DNA of 64,000 nt from Chlamydiota bacterium (GTDB lineage Bacteria > Chlamydiota > Chlamydiia > Chlamydiales > Rhabdochlamydiaceae). Location: contig JAPLSW010000057.1 in assembly GCA_026398435.1 (NCBI GenBank), forward strand, positions 17,715 through 81,714. The letters run 5' to 3'. Numbering within the stretch: the first letter of the stretch is position 1; every line of letters starts with the position of its first letter. The notes beneath the pieces were generated by a model. That model searched no databases. It was not told where the DNA came from and saw only the letters and a program-made list of their open reading frames with translations. Positions 38,869 through 49,595 of the stretch are shown here, one piece after another. Position numbers and translations under genes: made by a program.

Positions 38869-39160
38869 AAGCTTATGTTACCGCTTTTATCCATTATTAT
38901 TCCACGATATGTTAGGAAAACGTGATTTTTTCACAAAAATACGTCGATTTTTTTGTCATTTTTCACGAAAAACTAACGAATCGACAGGAGAGCTAGTAAA
39001 ACATCGATGTTTAATAGGTTAAGCTCGATCAAAAATCTCTAATCACCTGGAAAATTCTCACCTAACGCTTCATGATTGGGACTAAAGAGCGATGCACTAT
39101 CAAAGCCCCCTTGCTCAAAAGGCCCCCTTTCTTTATGGTCAGGAAAAAAGGAGATATCTC

Positions 39161-39532
39161 ATGGTCATGCCTATCGTATCTAAAAAACGTGCTAAAGCAA
39201 TATGCTCAGCCCTCTTTCTCGTGGGACTTGGTATTGTAGGATTTACGGGTAACTGGTGGCCAGGGATCATGCTAGCCATAGGTATACCTCTAGCTTTGAG
39301 ACAGTATCTTCTTAGAAAACCGTACGACGTCTTTGTGACTCTACTGATTTTTGTAGGTGTTTTTGTGACAGCGCAATTCAATAACTCTTGGAACATCATC
39401 ATGCCGGTAATGTTTACCGTTGGTGGTATCTATGTATTCTTTAGAGACTATATTGAAAGTAAGCTCTCCCCAGAACCCGAGACGGAAGAAAACATCAACG
39501 AAGAGATCGAAGAAGAGCAGCATCCGAGATAA
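39161..39532 (+). CDS. Small membrane protein with acidic tail
   Basis: ATG 39161 lies 7 nt after AAGGAG. The protein has three to four hydrophobic helices and a C-terminal EPETEENINEEIEEEQ tail. Confidence 0.5.
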   Translation: MVMPIVSKKRAKAICSALFLVGLGIVGFTGNWWPGIMLAIGIPLALRQYLLRKPYDVFVTLLIFVGVFVTAQFNNSWNIIMPVMFTVGGIYVFFRDYIESKLSPEPETEENINEEIEEEQHPR

Positions 39533-39534
39533 TT

Positions 39535-40557
<1,023 letters not shown>

Positions 40558-40652
40558 TCAGCATTACTTAAGAAATAACTATTTTATCCATCCCATTGTT
40601 GTTGTATAGCGATATCTTTGGGGAGCCATTTGACTACCGGTGCCCTGAGCGG

Positions 40653-40663
40653 CCCCCCCCCCC
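40653..40663. repeat. C11 homopolymer in the divergent trpS / HECT-gene intergenic region
   Basis: ...gagcggCCCCCCCCCCCagagg... counted directly. The surrounding intergenic sequence is AT-rich. Confidence 0.95.
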
Positions 40664-40823
40664 AGAGGAGCAATAATCCAACTAAACCTTACTTCAAGAA
40701 TAAAAATCACATTTCAAACGAATAGCGACGAAATTTTAATTAAATAATTAAAGAACAATTAAATGTATAAATAAATATAAATTATAATGCTTTTCTTGTT
40801 ATTATAAAAAAAAGAAGGTCGTC

Positions 40824-43100
40824 ATGTCTAGCATAAGCCCTACCCCCCCTGATAGACGGCCTGTCAATACCGATCTTCATGAAATAAATCAGATTCTCGG
40901 AAATTATAAAAATACCCCAGAGAATAACAGAAAGATACAAAGGCTTTGTGAAAATACTATCAAAAACGTTAGCGCTTCCCCTTCAGAAGGCATTGATATC
41001 AATAGGATTACTCTATTTAAGAGTTGCCTGTCAACCCTAAAAACAAAGGGGGTTTTTCATAGAATATTTACGACAAGCAAAACTGAAACCGCACTAACCA
41101 AATTACAGGGTACGTTACAAAATTTCGAAACAAGGAGATCAAATGTTCTTAATGCTGTTAAATCTGGTGAATTAAGAATTCAGAATGTTGCCGAAGAGTT
41201 CCAAAACGACCGAGAAATAGTTCTTGCGGCTGTGACTCAATGTGGCTATCAACTTTGTCATGTTCCCGAAAAATTCCGAGACGACCCTGCTATAGTTCTT
41301 GCGGCTGTGACTCAAGGTGACGAAGCACTTGAGTTTGCTAGCCAAAGACTCCGAGACGACCCTGATATAGTTCTTGCGGCTGTTGGTCACTATCGACATG
41401 GACTTAGCTATGCTAGCGAAAGACTCAAAGACGACCCTGCTATAGTTCTTAGGGCTGCTTCTCACGATCTCAATGCACTTCTCCTTGCGAGCAAAAGACT
41501 TCAAAACGACCAAGCACTAATTATTGTGACTCTGCAGTCTCACTTATCTAAAGAGGAGCTTACTCAGACAGATATAAATTGCTTCGGTTTGGAAGCCGCT
41601 AAAAATGGTCATATAGAGGTTCTGCAGTTTCTCTTATCTGAAGGAAGAACTTTATCACCATATAATCTAGGTATAACCCTTGAATACGCAGCTAGAAAGG
41701 GCAATCTAAACGTCTTAAATGTTCTCTTACCTCAAGGAAGATCGATATATCAATCAGATCTAGGAACCGCAGTAAGCGTTGCTGCTGCAAATGGTCATTT
41801 AGAAGTTATTCGTTTTCTCTTATCTGACGGAAGAGCTCTAAGTATTGAACAGAGAGAGAGCCTTATCCTATCGATGTCAATTGCAGGCAATATAGGAGTT
41901 TTAGAGCTTTTACTGCAGCAAGGAGCGATCCACAGAGCTGCAATAGATTCCTCATACTCGAATGCAGGAAGACATCTTCCCCCTGGGGAAGAACAAGTCA
42001 TTCTTATCGGCCGGATTAGAGATATGCTCCGCTCGGCTCCTTTGCTCCCAGAGGATACTCAAGGGACGAACCGAGCGCCGGCCAGAGAGGAAGATGCTTT
42101 ATATACGACATTTGCTGAAGTGAAAGAAAACCCAACGAGATATCTAGAACTTGTAACAACACAATTTCCAAGAAGGGTTGTATTATTAGATTCCCCAGGG
42201 ACCATCGACCTCGGAGGAGTTACAAAAGAGTTTATCTCAACACTTATGAAATCCTTGCTAGAAAAAACCGCCTTTCCAATTACAGAAACAGGATTCCCCA
42301 AGCAGATACCCAGAATAAATCCGGAAACAAGCAAGCCTGAAGTAAATGAAGAAAGCCGGGCAATCTATCAAAGGCTCGGTAAGTTTTACTCTCTTCTTGA
42401 TCAGAAAAATACAGATAGAACGGATAAATTTGTGACAGGAACTGTGTTTCATCCGGGCTTTTTTCAGATTGTAAAAAAGGTCGGAGCAGGCGCTACTCCC
42501 GCGGATCTAAGAAAAGAGGCTGCACAACAGATCATAGCCGCTGAGAGCGAAAAGCCCTCCTGGGCCGCTGTGATTTTGGATCCGGAAAATCGAGTAGAAT
42601 TAGAGGCTTATGCGGCGGCGTTGGGATGCACTCCCGCCGAAGCCCAAGAATATTTAGCATCGACAGAGGCTCTTATAGATCAGGTTGTGGCTGCAGCTAG
42701 ATCTTTTTACGAAGGAGTTACACCTGCCTTCCGAATAAAAATACAATGCACTGATCCATTGGTTCTTGCCCACATGGTTCAAGGAGAGCCCATTTCAAAA
42801 GTGAGTCTCCTTGCAGCTCTTAGCAGAAGACCTGAACTTTCCGAAGAGCGCTATAGCTGGGTACTAGACAAAATCGAGACATCAGATGAAGCATGGAGAA
42901 AGAAATTCGTTAAAGCAATTACCGGTAATGAAGTGCTTTCTCCGGGTATGAAAATCTCTATAGGTGCGTGCTGGCGAGGGGGCGGGAGATTTGAAATACA
43001 CACCTGTTTCAACTCCCTTGACATTCCAACCGATGTGGAAAATGCAGATCTTCTAGCAGCACTAGATAGCGTTCTAGATGAAGGATATAACACCGCTTAG
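40824..43100 (+). CDS. DUF4116-repeat / ankyrin-repeat / HECT-domain protein (putative E3 ubiquitin ligase effector)
   Basis: Four 24-25-aa repeats (D[PR].IVLAAV...A(S)..L[RK]D), four ANK-like repeats (AAKNGHIEVLQFLLSEG etc.), then HECT blocks DLGGVTKEF..., FVKAITGNEVLSPGM and FEIHTCFNSLDIP. Confidence 0.8.
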   Translation: MSSISPTPPDRRPVNTDLHEINQILGNYKNTPENNRKIQRLCENTIKNVSASPSEGIDINRITLFKSCLSTLKTKGVFHRIFTTSKTETALTKLQGTLQNFETRRSNVLNAVKSGELRIQNVAEEFQNDREIVLAAVTQCGYQLCHVPEKFRDDPAIVLAAVTQGDEALEFASQRLRDDPDIVLAAVGHYRHGLSYASERLKDDPAIVLRAASHDLNALLLASKRLQNDQALIIVTLQSHLSKEELTQTDINCFGLEAAKNGHIEVLQFLLSEGRTLSPYNLGITLEYAARKGNLNVLNVLLPQGRSIYQSDLGTAVSVAAANGHLEVIRFLLSDGRALSIEQRESLILSMSIAGNIGVLELLLQQGAIHRAAIDSSYSNAGRHLPPGEEQVILIGRIRDMLRSAPLLPEDTQGTNRAPAREEDALYTTFAEVKENPTRYLELVTTQFPRRVVLLDSPGTIDLGGVTKEFISTLMKSLLEKTAFPITETGFPKQIPRINPETSKPEVNEESRAIYQRLGKFYSLLDQKNTDRTDKFVTGTVFHPGFFQIVKKVGAGATPADLRKEAAQQIIAAESEKPSWAAVILDPENRVELEAYAAALGCTPAEAQEYLASTEALIDQVVAAARSFYEGVTPAFRIKIQCTDPLVLAHMVQGEPISKVSLLAALSRRPELSEERYSWVLDKIETSDEAWRKKFVKAITGNEVLSPGMKISIGACWRGGGRFEIHTCFNSLDIPTDVENADLLAALDSVLDEGYNTA

Positions 43101-43280
43101 GGACTCTTGAGATCTTAAAAATTTATCACATTACAAGCTATGTGACTTCTTATTGGGAAGAATTTCTCACTGCCAGCAATGTTTTTTTTCTAAGAAATAC
43201 ATTCCTACTTGATTAATTATTTCAGCTGTGCAATGAAAGAGCTCATCCCCTAATAACTTAAGTCAATTTATAGAGCAATT

Positions 43281-43418
43281 ATGTCAACAGAAGAGACTCC
43301 CCCAACTCACATTGGACCCTATAAGGTCGTAGAGAAAATTGCAACCGGCGGTATGGGAGAGATCTATCTTGTTTACGACGCTTGCTCAGATCGAAACACT
43401 CAAATACCCCACCCTTAA
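43281..43418 (+). pseudogene. pknD: Detached N-terminal fragment of pknD (glycine-rich loop), out of frame with the main ORF
   Basis: MSTEETPPTHIGPYKVVEKIATGGMGEIYLVYDACSDR..., then TAA at 43416. The main ORF is in the +1 frame. Confidence 0.65.
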
Positions 43419-46035
43419 AGAAAGATTTTTAAGAGAAGCTAAGATCGCGGCCAAAATGGCCCACCCCTCTATCATCCCCATCTACTCAATTCATAGCGAT
43501 AGCGATGAAATCTACTATACCATGCCCTACGTTGAGGGGGAAACCTTAAAGCAGATCATAAGAACCTGTCTTGAAGAAGAAAAAGCGGGAAAAGTCGTTC
43601 ATCCTATCGGAAAATCGATTCCAGCTTTAATGAGGATTTTTTTAAATATATGCCAGGCTATTGCCTACTGCCATAGCAGAGGTGTGCTCCATCGAGATGT
43701 AAAACCGGAAAATGTGATCGTAGGAAAGTTTGGAGAGACCTTTATCTTAGATTGGGGCCTGGCCGATTTTGTGGATAGCCCAACGCATGATTCTAAGGAG
43801 AAGTTCCCCACGGTAGAATGTGTAGATCTTACAAGACCTGGCAAAATCCCCGGGACACTTGCCTACATCCCTCCGGAGAGGATCCTTGGGAAGCCCTCCT
43901 CTTTTGCAACCGATATCTACGCTCTTGGAGTGATCCTTTATCAGCTCCTAACCCTAAGGCTACCTTTCCATAGAATCTCTAATAAAAAACTTAAAAAGCA
44001 GATCGAAAAAGAAGAATTCATCGATCCTCTTGATAGAGCCCCTTACCGAGATATCCCCCTTGAACTTGCTCATATCGCAAAGATTTGCCTTTCCCCAAAT
44101 CCCGAAGCCCGCTACCGCAGGGTTGAGGATTTGCTACTCGACATAGAAAGTTACATCGCAGGAAGAGGGCAGTGGTCCTTTTTAGAGCCACTGGATGTTG
44201 CGAATAAATCGGATTGGGAATTCCAAGAAAACATCTTAGTAGCAAAACATACAGCGCTTACCCGCAGCGCAGACCTCATGGAATGGGTCACTATCATGCT
44301 CTCTAAAAAAGGGTTCTCCGGTAATTTTAAGATAGAAACGTCCGTAGAGCTTGGGAGCCAAAGCCAGGGAATAGGCTTTTTGTTAAATGTCCCGGAGAGT
44401 AGCGAAAGAAAAGGACTTTTAGAAGATAGCCACAGCCTGTGGATCGGCACAAAAAACAGTCCGGGGTGTACTCTCTTTCGCTCCAATGTGCAGATCTTAT
44501 CGGCACCTGATAGTTATTTGGAAGAAAACGTCTGTCATAAAATACGGATTGAGCGGGTAGATAGCCACATGCGTGTGATCCTTGATGACAAGCTCGTCCT
44601 CGACTATCTGACACATATCCCTTTTACCGGTCCCCACTTTGGTCTTTTACTGAAAGATGCAGATCTTAAAATCGATCCCATTAAAGTGTATGTGACAAGT
44701 CCTAACATCATGATCAACTGCTTAAAAGTGCCCGACACATTTTTATCGACGAAAAATTTCAGTAAAGCCCTTGGTGAGTACCGAAAGATCAGCGCCTCCT
44801 TTCCTGGAAGAACAGAAGGAAGAGAAGCATTATTTCGCGCAGGGATCACCTTAGTAGAAGAAGCCTCTGAATCCAAATCCTCTTCTAAAAAAAATCAACT
44901 CTTGCAGCAAGCTTTAGAGGAGTTTGGGAAACTAAGAAACACTCCCGGAGCCCCCTTAGAATATTTAGGGAAATCCCTTGTCTATAAAGCAAGTGGAGAG
45001 ATCGAAGAAGAGAGCAAATGCCTAGAGCTATGTCTTAGAAAATATACAAAACACCCCTTAAGATATTTAATCGAAGAAGAGCTCATCTTTCGCCTCCATG
45101 AAGCGGCCACACAAAATAGAGAAGCCGCGTATCATTTTGCTCTTCTGTCACTGCGCCATATGCCCCATATTTTTGGCCAGGCACAGAATAAAGTTCTCCT
45201 GGATAGCCTCCAAAGTCACTGGGAGCCTCTTTCCTTCATAGAGCCCCTAACTTCTTCTACAATTGATGAGCAGTATATCCAGCTCAGCATCCATTTAGCC
45301 TTTTGGCTTGCAAAACCCATCACCCTTGTCGAGATCATCGAGTCTGCAACAAACCCCCTATTACTTAGTAATGCCCTATTTTGTTTATTGCAGCTGGGTT
45401 GCGTAAGTTTTGCAGAAGAAAACCTCCACTTCTTAAAAGATGACCCGGAAAGGCTCTCTTCCCTATCTCTACTTATTAAGCTTTGTAAAAAGCAGATACC
45501 ACTCGCAGAGGCATTAGCATCTCTTGAAAAAAAGGTAGACTTTTCCTCAAAAAGAGCTCTTATGCATATCTTAGAAAAAGAGCTCCTCCCCGGCAAAAAT
45601 AAAATCCCGGTCGAGCTATTACAAAAGCTATCAAACAAAGACCATGATTTTACAGGGTATTACATCCGCTCCCTGATACTTGCTGGAGAGTACTCAGAAG
45701 CTAGCACTGCTTTAGGGCATGCTAAAGGACTTTCTGAAGAAGAAGAAAACTACCTTACCGGATGCCTGCTGGCTCACGATGAGGGAAAAGAGTCCTCTCT
45801 TAACTATCTCATGGAATATGCACCCTCCTTTGAGTTTAGTTCCTACTTTGTGATGGAAAATGGAACATTTTCCTTAAAAAATGCCAGGGATCTTTTCTTC
45901 TGGGAAAAACTCCAACTGCTGCGCCAAATGATCCTGTTTAGCTACTGCGCTAACATGCAAAAAGAAACGAAAAGCTGGCTCAAACTTTACCAAGGACAAC
46001 TGTCTTATGTTACTGCCACATATTGTCCTACCTGA
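43339..46035 (+). CDS. pknD: PknD-type Ser/Thr protein kinase with large C-terminal domain (N-terminus disrupted in this sequence)
   Basis: RFLREAKIAAKMAHPSIIPIY, HRDVKPENV, DWGLA and GTLAYIPPE motifs. The first ~14 codons of the listed ORF are an out-of-frame reading of the G-loop. Confidence 0.8.
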   Translation: MQPAVWERSILFTTLAQIETLKYPTLKERFLREAKIAAKMAHPSIIPIYSIHSDSDEIYYTMPYVEGETLKQIIRTCLEEEKAGKVVHPIGKSIPALMRIFLNICQAIAYCHSRGVLHRDVKPENVIVGKFGETFILDWGLADFVDSPTHDSKEKFPTVECVDLTRPGKIPGTLAYIPPERILGKPSSFATDIYALGVILYQLLTLRLPFHRISNKKLKKQIEKEEFIDPLDRAPYRDIPLELAHIAKICLSPNPEARYRRVEDLLLDIESYIAGRGQWSFLEPLDVANKSDWEFQENILVAKHTALTRSADLMEWVTIMLSKKGFSGNFKIETSVELGSQSQGIGFLLNVPESSERKGLLEDSHSLWIGTKNSPGCTLFRSNVQILSAPDSYLEENVCHKIRIERVDSHMRVILDDKLVLDYLTHIPFTGPHFGLLLKDADLKIDPIKVYVTSPNIMINCLKVPDTFLSTKNFSKALGEYRKISASFPGRTEGREALFRAGITLVEEASESKSSSKKNQLLQQALEEFGKLRNTPGAPLEYLGKSLVYKASGEIEEESKCLELCLRKYTKHPLRYLIEEELIFRLHEAATQNREAAYHFALLSLRHMPHIFGQAQNKVLLDSLQSHWEPLSFIEPLTSSTIDEQYIQLSIHLAFWLAKPITLVEIIESATNPLLLSNALFCLLQLGCVSFAEENLHFLKDDPERLSSLSLLIKLCKKQIPLAEALASLEKKVDFSSKRALMHILEKELLPGKNKIPVELLQKLSNKDHDFTGYYIRSLILAGEYSEASTALGHAKGLSEEEENYLTGCLLAHDEGKESSLNYLMEYAPSFEFSSYFVMENGTFSLKNARDLFFWEKLQLLRQMILFSYCANMQKETKSWLKLYQGQLSYVTATYCPT

Positions 46036-46555
46036 AGTTAAAAAAAGTGAAATTGCCCATAAGGGCTATTTTACTCTGCGTATAGACTCTCTAGAGCTCC
46101 CCCATGGAATACGAAGGCCCTATACTGTTTTAGAAACAGGATGCCATGCAGCAGCGGTCATTGCTGAGACAACCGATGGAAAAATCCTTGTTCTTAAAGA
46201 ATATAGACATCCTACAGGCAAGTGGATCTATGGCTGCGCCGGCGGCAGGATCGACACGGGAGAATCTCCCATAGAAGCTGCCAAAAGAGAGCTTCTAGAA
46301 GAAACAGGCTATACAGCGGAAGAATTTATTACATTGGGAGCCGCTTTTCCCTTTCCATCGGTTGCTGACCAAAACATCCATTTTGTTTTGGCAAGAGGCG
46401 CCAAATACCTTCAAGCGCCCACACCGGAACCGTTCGAGCTCATCACTCCTTGCCTGCTCACGCTAGAAGATCTTGAAAAAGCCGTGCAATCAGGAGACCC
46501 TGTAGACGGGATCCTTTGCACAGCTCTTTACTTTAGATCTATTTTAAAAAAATAA
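46007..46555 (+). CDS. Nudix hydrolase (ADP-ribose pyrophosphatase-like)
   Basis: Nudix box GGRIDTGESPIEAAKRELLEETG. Confidence 0.75.
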   Translation: MLLPHIVLPEVKKSEIAHKGYFTLRIDSLELPHGIRRPYTVLETGCHAAAVIAETTDGKILVLKEYRHPTGKWIYGCAGGRIDTGESPIEAAKRELLEETGYTAEEFITLGAAFPFPSVADQNIHFVLARGAKYLQAPTPEPFELITPCLLTLEDLEKAVQSGDPVDGILCTALYFRSILKK

Positions 46556-46648
46556 GATATTATTTTTCCCTGTAGTAGGCTTTGACTTATCCCTGGGAAA
46601 TATGATAACCTACCCCCTAAATTATCATTTAAATAAGCAGAAACACCT

Positions 46649-49480
46649 ATGCCAGAACTTGCCAAAGCCTTTGAAGCTAAACTCGTAGAAGACAAGTGGT
46701 ATTCCTTTTGGGAATCCAGAAACTATTTCCAAGCCGATCCCCTTTCTAAAAAACCAGCTTTTAGCCTGGTTATGCCCCCACCGAACGTAACGGGTGTCTT
46801 GCATATGGGACATGCTCTTGTCAATACCTTGCAAGATGTTCTTACTAGATGGAAAAGGATGTCGGGCTTTGAGGTTCTTTGGGTGCCGGGAACAGACCAT
46901 GCAGGTATTGCTACACAAACAGTTGTCGAAAGGAACCTGATTGCACAAACTGGCAAGAGAAGAAAAGACTTTCCAAGAGAAGAGTTTTTAGGTCATGTGT
47001 GGGACTGGAAAGAAAAAAGCCAAGATACCATCTTGCACCAGCTGAAAAAACTCGGCTGCTCGTGCGACTGGTCAAGACTTTGCTTTACCATGGATGATAA
47101 ACGCAATGTAGCTGTTCAAACAGCCTTTAAAAAATTCTATGATGATGGCCTTATTTACCGTGGTGATTATCTAGTCAATTGGGATCCAGTGACACAAACG
47201 GCCTTGGCCGATGATGAAGTAGAACATGAAGAAAAAGACTCATTTTTATGGCACCTACGCTATCCCTTAAAAGATGATCCTAAAAAATATATCGTTGTAG
47301 CAACAACACGTCCAGAAACCATGCTTGGTGATGTGGCAGTCGCTGTTAACCCCTCCGATGAAAGATATAAGGATCTTCTTGGCAAGACACTAATCCTACC
47401 GATCACCAACAGAGAAATCCCTGTTATTGCAGATCATTTTGTAGAGGCAGGCTTTGGAACGGGCGCAGTAAAAATCACACCAGCTCATGACCCGAATGAC
47501 TATGAAATGGGACAAAGACATAATCTCCCTATGATCAACATCATGACACCCGATGGGAAGATCAATGAAACTGGAGGCTCTTTTGCAGGTCTTACCATGC
47601 AAGAGGCTCGTGTTGCAATTGTACAGAAAATGCAGGAGCTGGGACTTGTAGATAAGATCGAGCCCCATAAACTACGTATTGGCCTTTCCTACCGATCAAA
47701 GGCTATCATTGAGCCCTACCTATCCAAACAGTGGTTTGTGAAGATGACAGGCTTTAAAAGCACACTCCGAAGCCTAGTAGAAAAAAAACAAGTAAAGCTC
47801 GTTCCAGAAAGCTGGGAAAACACCTATTTCCACTGGATCGATAATTTACGAGACTGGTGTATCTCTCGCCAGCTGTGGTGGGGCCATAGAATCCCGATCT
47901 GGTACAACATCGAAGATCCTGAAAAAATGATCTGTCATGCAGGCGAGGGCCTCCCTCCAGAGGTAGCTAAAAATCCAGAGGCATGGCGCCAGGATGAAGA
48001 TGTGCTCGACACATGGTTCTCTTCAGCTCTTTGGCCCTTTAGCACAATGGGCTGGCCAGAAAAAACACCTGAGCTTAAGAAATTCTATCCGACATCAACA
48101 CTTATCACCGGCCATGACATCCTCTTTTTCTGGGTAGCTAGAATGGTCCTTATGGGATCTTATGTAATGGACACTCCCCCCTTTGCTGAAACCTTCCTCC
48201 ACGGCCTTATCTACGGAAAGTCGTATTGGAAAACAGGTAAGGACGGAGCTAACTCTTACATTACAGGAGATGATAGGCTCTCCTATGAACTCGGAAAGCC
48301 TTTGCCACCTGGTGTCCAGTTCAAATGGGAAAAAATGTCCAAATCTAAAGGCAATGTCATCGACCCCCTAGAAATCCTCGATTCCTTTGGGACAGATGCA
48401 ATGCGCATGGCTCTATGTGCAAGCGCGACCCAAGCGCGCCAGATAGATTTAGATCGGCGCAAGTTCGAAGAATTTAAAAACTTTGCCAACAAGTTATGGA
48501 ACGGCGCTCGCTTTGTCTTTATGAATATCGACAGTCTAACAGTCGATAGTTTTTCTTCAGGGCTCGATGAGTCGCTCCTAGCTTTGGAAGACAAATGGAT
48601 CCTGTCTCTTCTTAACAAGACGATTAAAGAAGTGAACCTCCATTTAGGAGAGTACTCCTTTGATAAAGCAGCTCTTACTGCCTATGACTTTTTCTGGAAG
48701 GAGCTTTGCGCTTACTATCTAGAGCTCTCCAAGCCCGTCCTCTCCGGAAAATCGGGATCTCCAGAGCAAAGAGAGAATAAGCAAAAGATCTTAAGCATCA
48801 TCTTATGTGCAACGCTCAGACTTCTCCATCCGATGACACCGTTCATCACCGAAGAGCTCTTTGCGTTTATGAAAGAGAAGTTTGGACCCGCCGTCATAAG
48901 TGATAAAGCAGATCCCTACACGAAAGAGGCAATCCTAGCTCTACATGCCAGCTGCTGTATGAACGCTCCCTATCCGGTAGTTATCAAAGAAGCTGACATC
49001 AACCCAGAGATAGAGAAGACTTTTTCCTTTATGGACTCTCTTGTCCATGCAGTAAGAAATATACGAGCTGAGATGCAGCTGCCACCATCTGCAGGAACTG
49101 ATGTATTTATCATTGGAGAGAAAGCAGACCCTAACTGGCTGTGCGCTCTTGAAAGCCGCTCTATCTTAGAGGGCCTCGTAAAAATACAGACCCTTACGAT
49201 CACGGATAAGGCCCCTTCGATGTCTTTTTCTGCGGAAGCAATAGTTGATAGCCTAAAAATTATCGTGCCACTACCTCAGGAAATGAAAGACAAAGAAAAG
49301 CAAAGGCTCGCTAAAGAAAAAGAGAAACTCCTTATCCAAAGTGTCTCTCTTAAGGAAAAGCTTGCGAACCCTGAATTTACCGAGAAAGCACCTGCTGAAG
49401 TTGTAAAGAAACTTTCCTCTCAGCTAGAGCTTCTCGATAAGCAGCTCCAAGAAATAGAAACAAAGTCGGCTATGCTTTAA
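46649..49480 (+). CDS. valS: Valine--tRNA ligase
   Basis: PPPNVTGVLHMGHAL (HIGH), KMSKSKGN and a C-terminal coiled coil. Confidence 0.95.
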   Translation: MPELAKAFEAKLVEDKWYSFWESRNYFQADPLSKKPAFSLVMPPPNVTGVLHMGHALVNTLQDVLTRWKRMSGFEVLWVPGTDHAGIATQTVVERNLIAQTGKRRKDFPREEFLGHVWDWKEKSQDTILHQLKKLGCSCDWSRLCFTMDDKRNVAVQTAFKKFYDDGLIYRGDYLVNWDPVTQTALADDEVEHEEKDSFLWHLRYPLKDDPKKYIVVATTRPETMLGDVAVAVNPSDERYKDLLGKTLILPITNREIPVIADHFVEAGFGTGAVKITPAHDPNDYEMGQRHNLPMINIMTPDGKINETGGSFAGLTMQEARVAIVQKMQELGLVDKIEPHKLRIGLSYRSKAIIEPYLSKQWFVKMTGFKSTLRSLVEKKQVKLVPESWENTYFHWIDNLRDWCISRQLWWGHRIPIWYNIEDPEKMICHAGEGLPPEVAKNPEAWRQDEDVLDTWFSSALWPFSTMGWPEKTPELKKFYPTSTLITGHDILFFWVARMVLMGSYVMDTPPFAETFLHGLIYGKSYWKTGKDGANSYITGDDRLSYELGKPLPPGVQFKWEKMSKSKGNVIDPLEILDSFGTDAMRMALCASATQARQIDLDRRKFEEFKNFANKLWNGARFVFMNIDSLTVDSFSSGLDESLLALEDKWILSLLNKTIKEVNLHLGEYSFDKAALTAYDFFWKELCAYYLELSKPVLSGKSGSPEQRENKQKILSIILCATLRLLHPMTPFITEELFAFMKEKFGPAVISDKADPYTKEAILALHASCCMNAPYPVVIKEADINPEIEKTFSFMDSLVHAVRNIRAEMQLPPSAGTDVFIIGEKADPNWLCALESRSILEGLVKIQTLTITDKAPSMSFSAEAIVDSLKIIVPLPQEMKDKEKQRLAKEKEKLLIQSVSLKEKLANPEFTEKAPAEVVKKLSSQLELLDKQLQEIETKSAML

Positions 49481-49487
49481 AAGGACC

Positions 49488-49534
49488 AAACCTCTAGGAA
49501 TCGCGAAAACGCAATTCCTAGAGGTTTGCTTTTC
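49488..49534 (+). terminator. Rho-independent terminator of valS
   Basis: A 14-bp stem, AAACCTCTAGGAAT / ATTCCTAGAGGTTT, with a 12-nt loop, followed by GCTTTTC. Confidence 0.8.
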
Positions 49535-49595
49535 AACTCAATGGTAGTCATTAATACATATGAGACTTTCCTCCCCCTAGAGATCGGTTTGCCAG

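Noticed and set aside
41172-41513. 113-aa antisense ORF opposite the DUF4116 repeats
   Set aside because: It is open only because the sense-strand repeats lack antisense stops, and its own repeats simply mirror them. The sense ORF has strong domain support.
44018-45638. Several antisense ORFs (75-140 aa) within pknD
   Set aside because: They lie inside a long ORF with kinase motifs and a conserved C-terminal region. They have no start signals.
46625-46956. Two minus-strand ORFs overlapping the start of valS
   Set aside because: They are Cys/His-rich shadow frames opposite the HIGH-motif region of valS, with no independent support.
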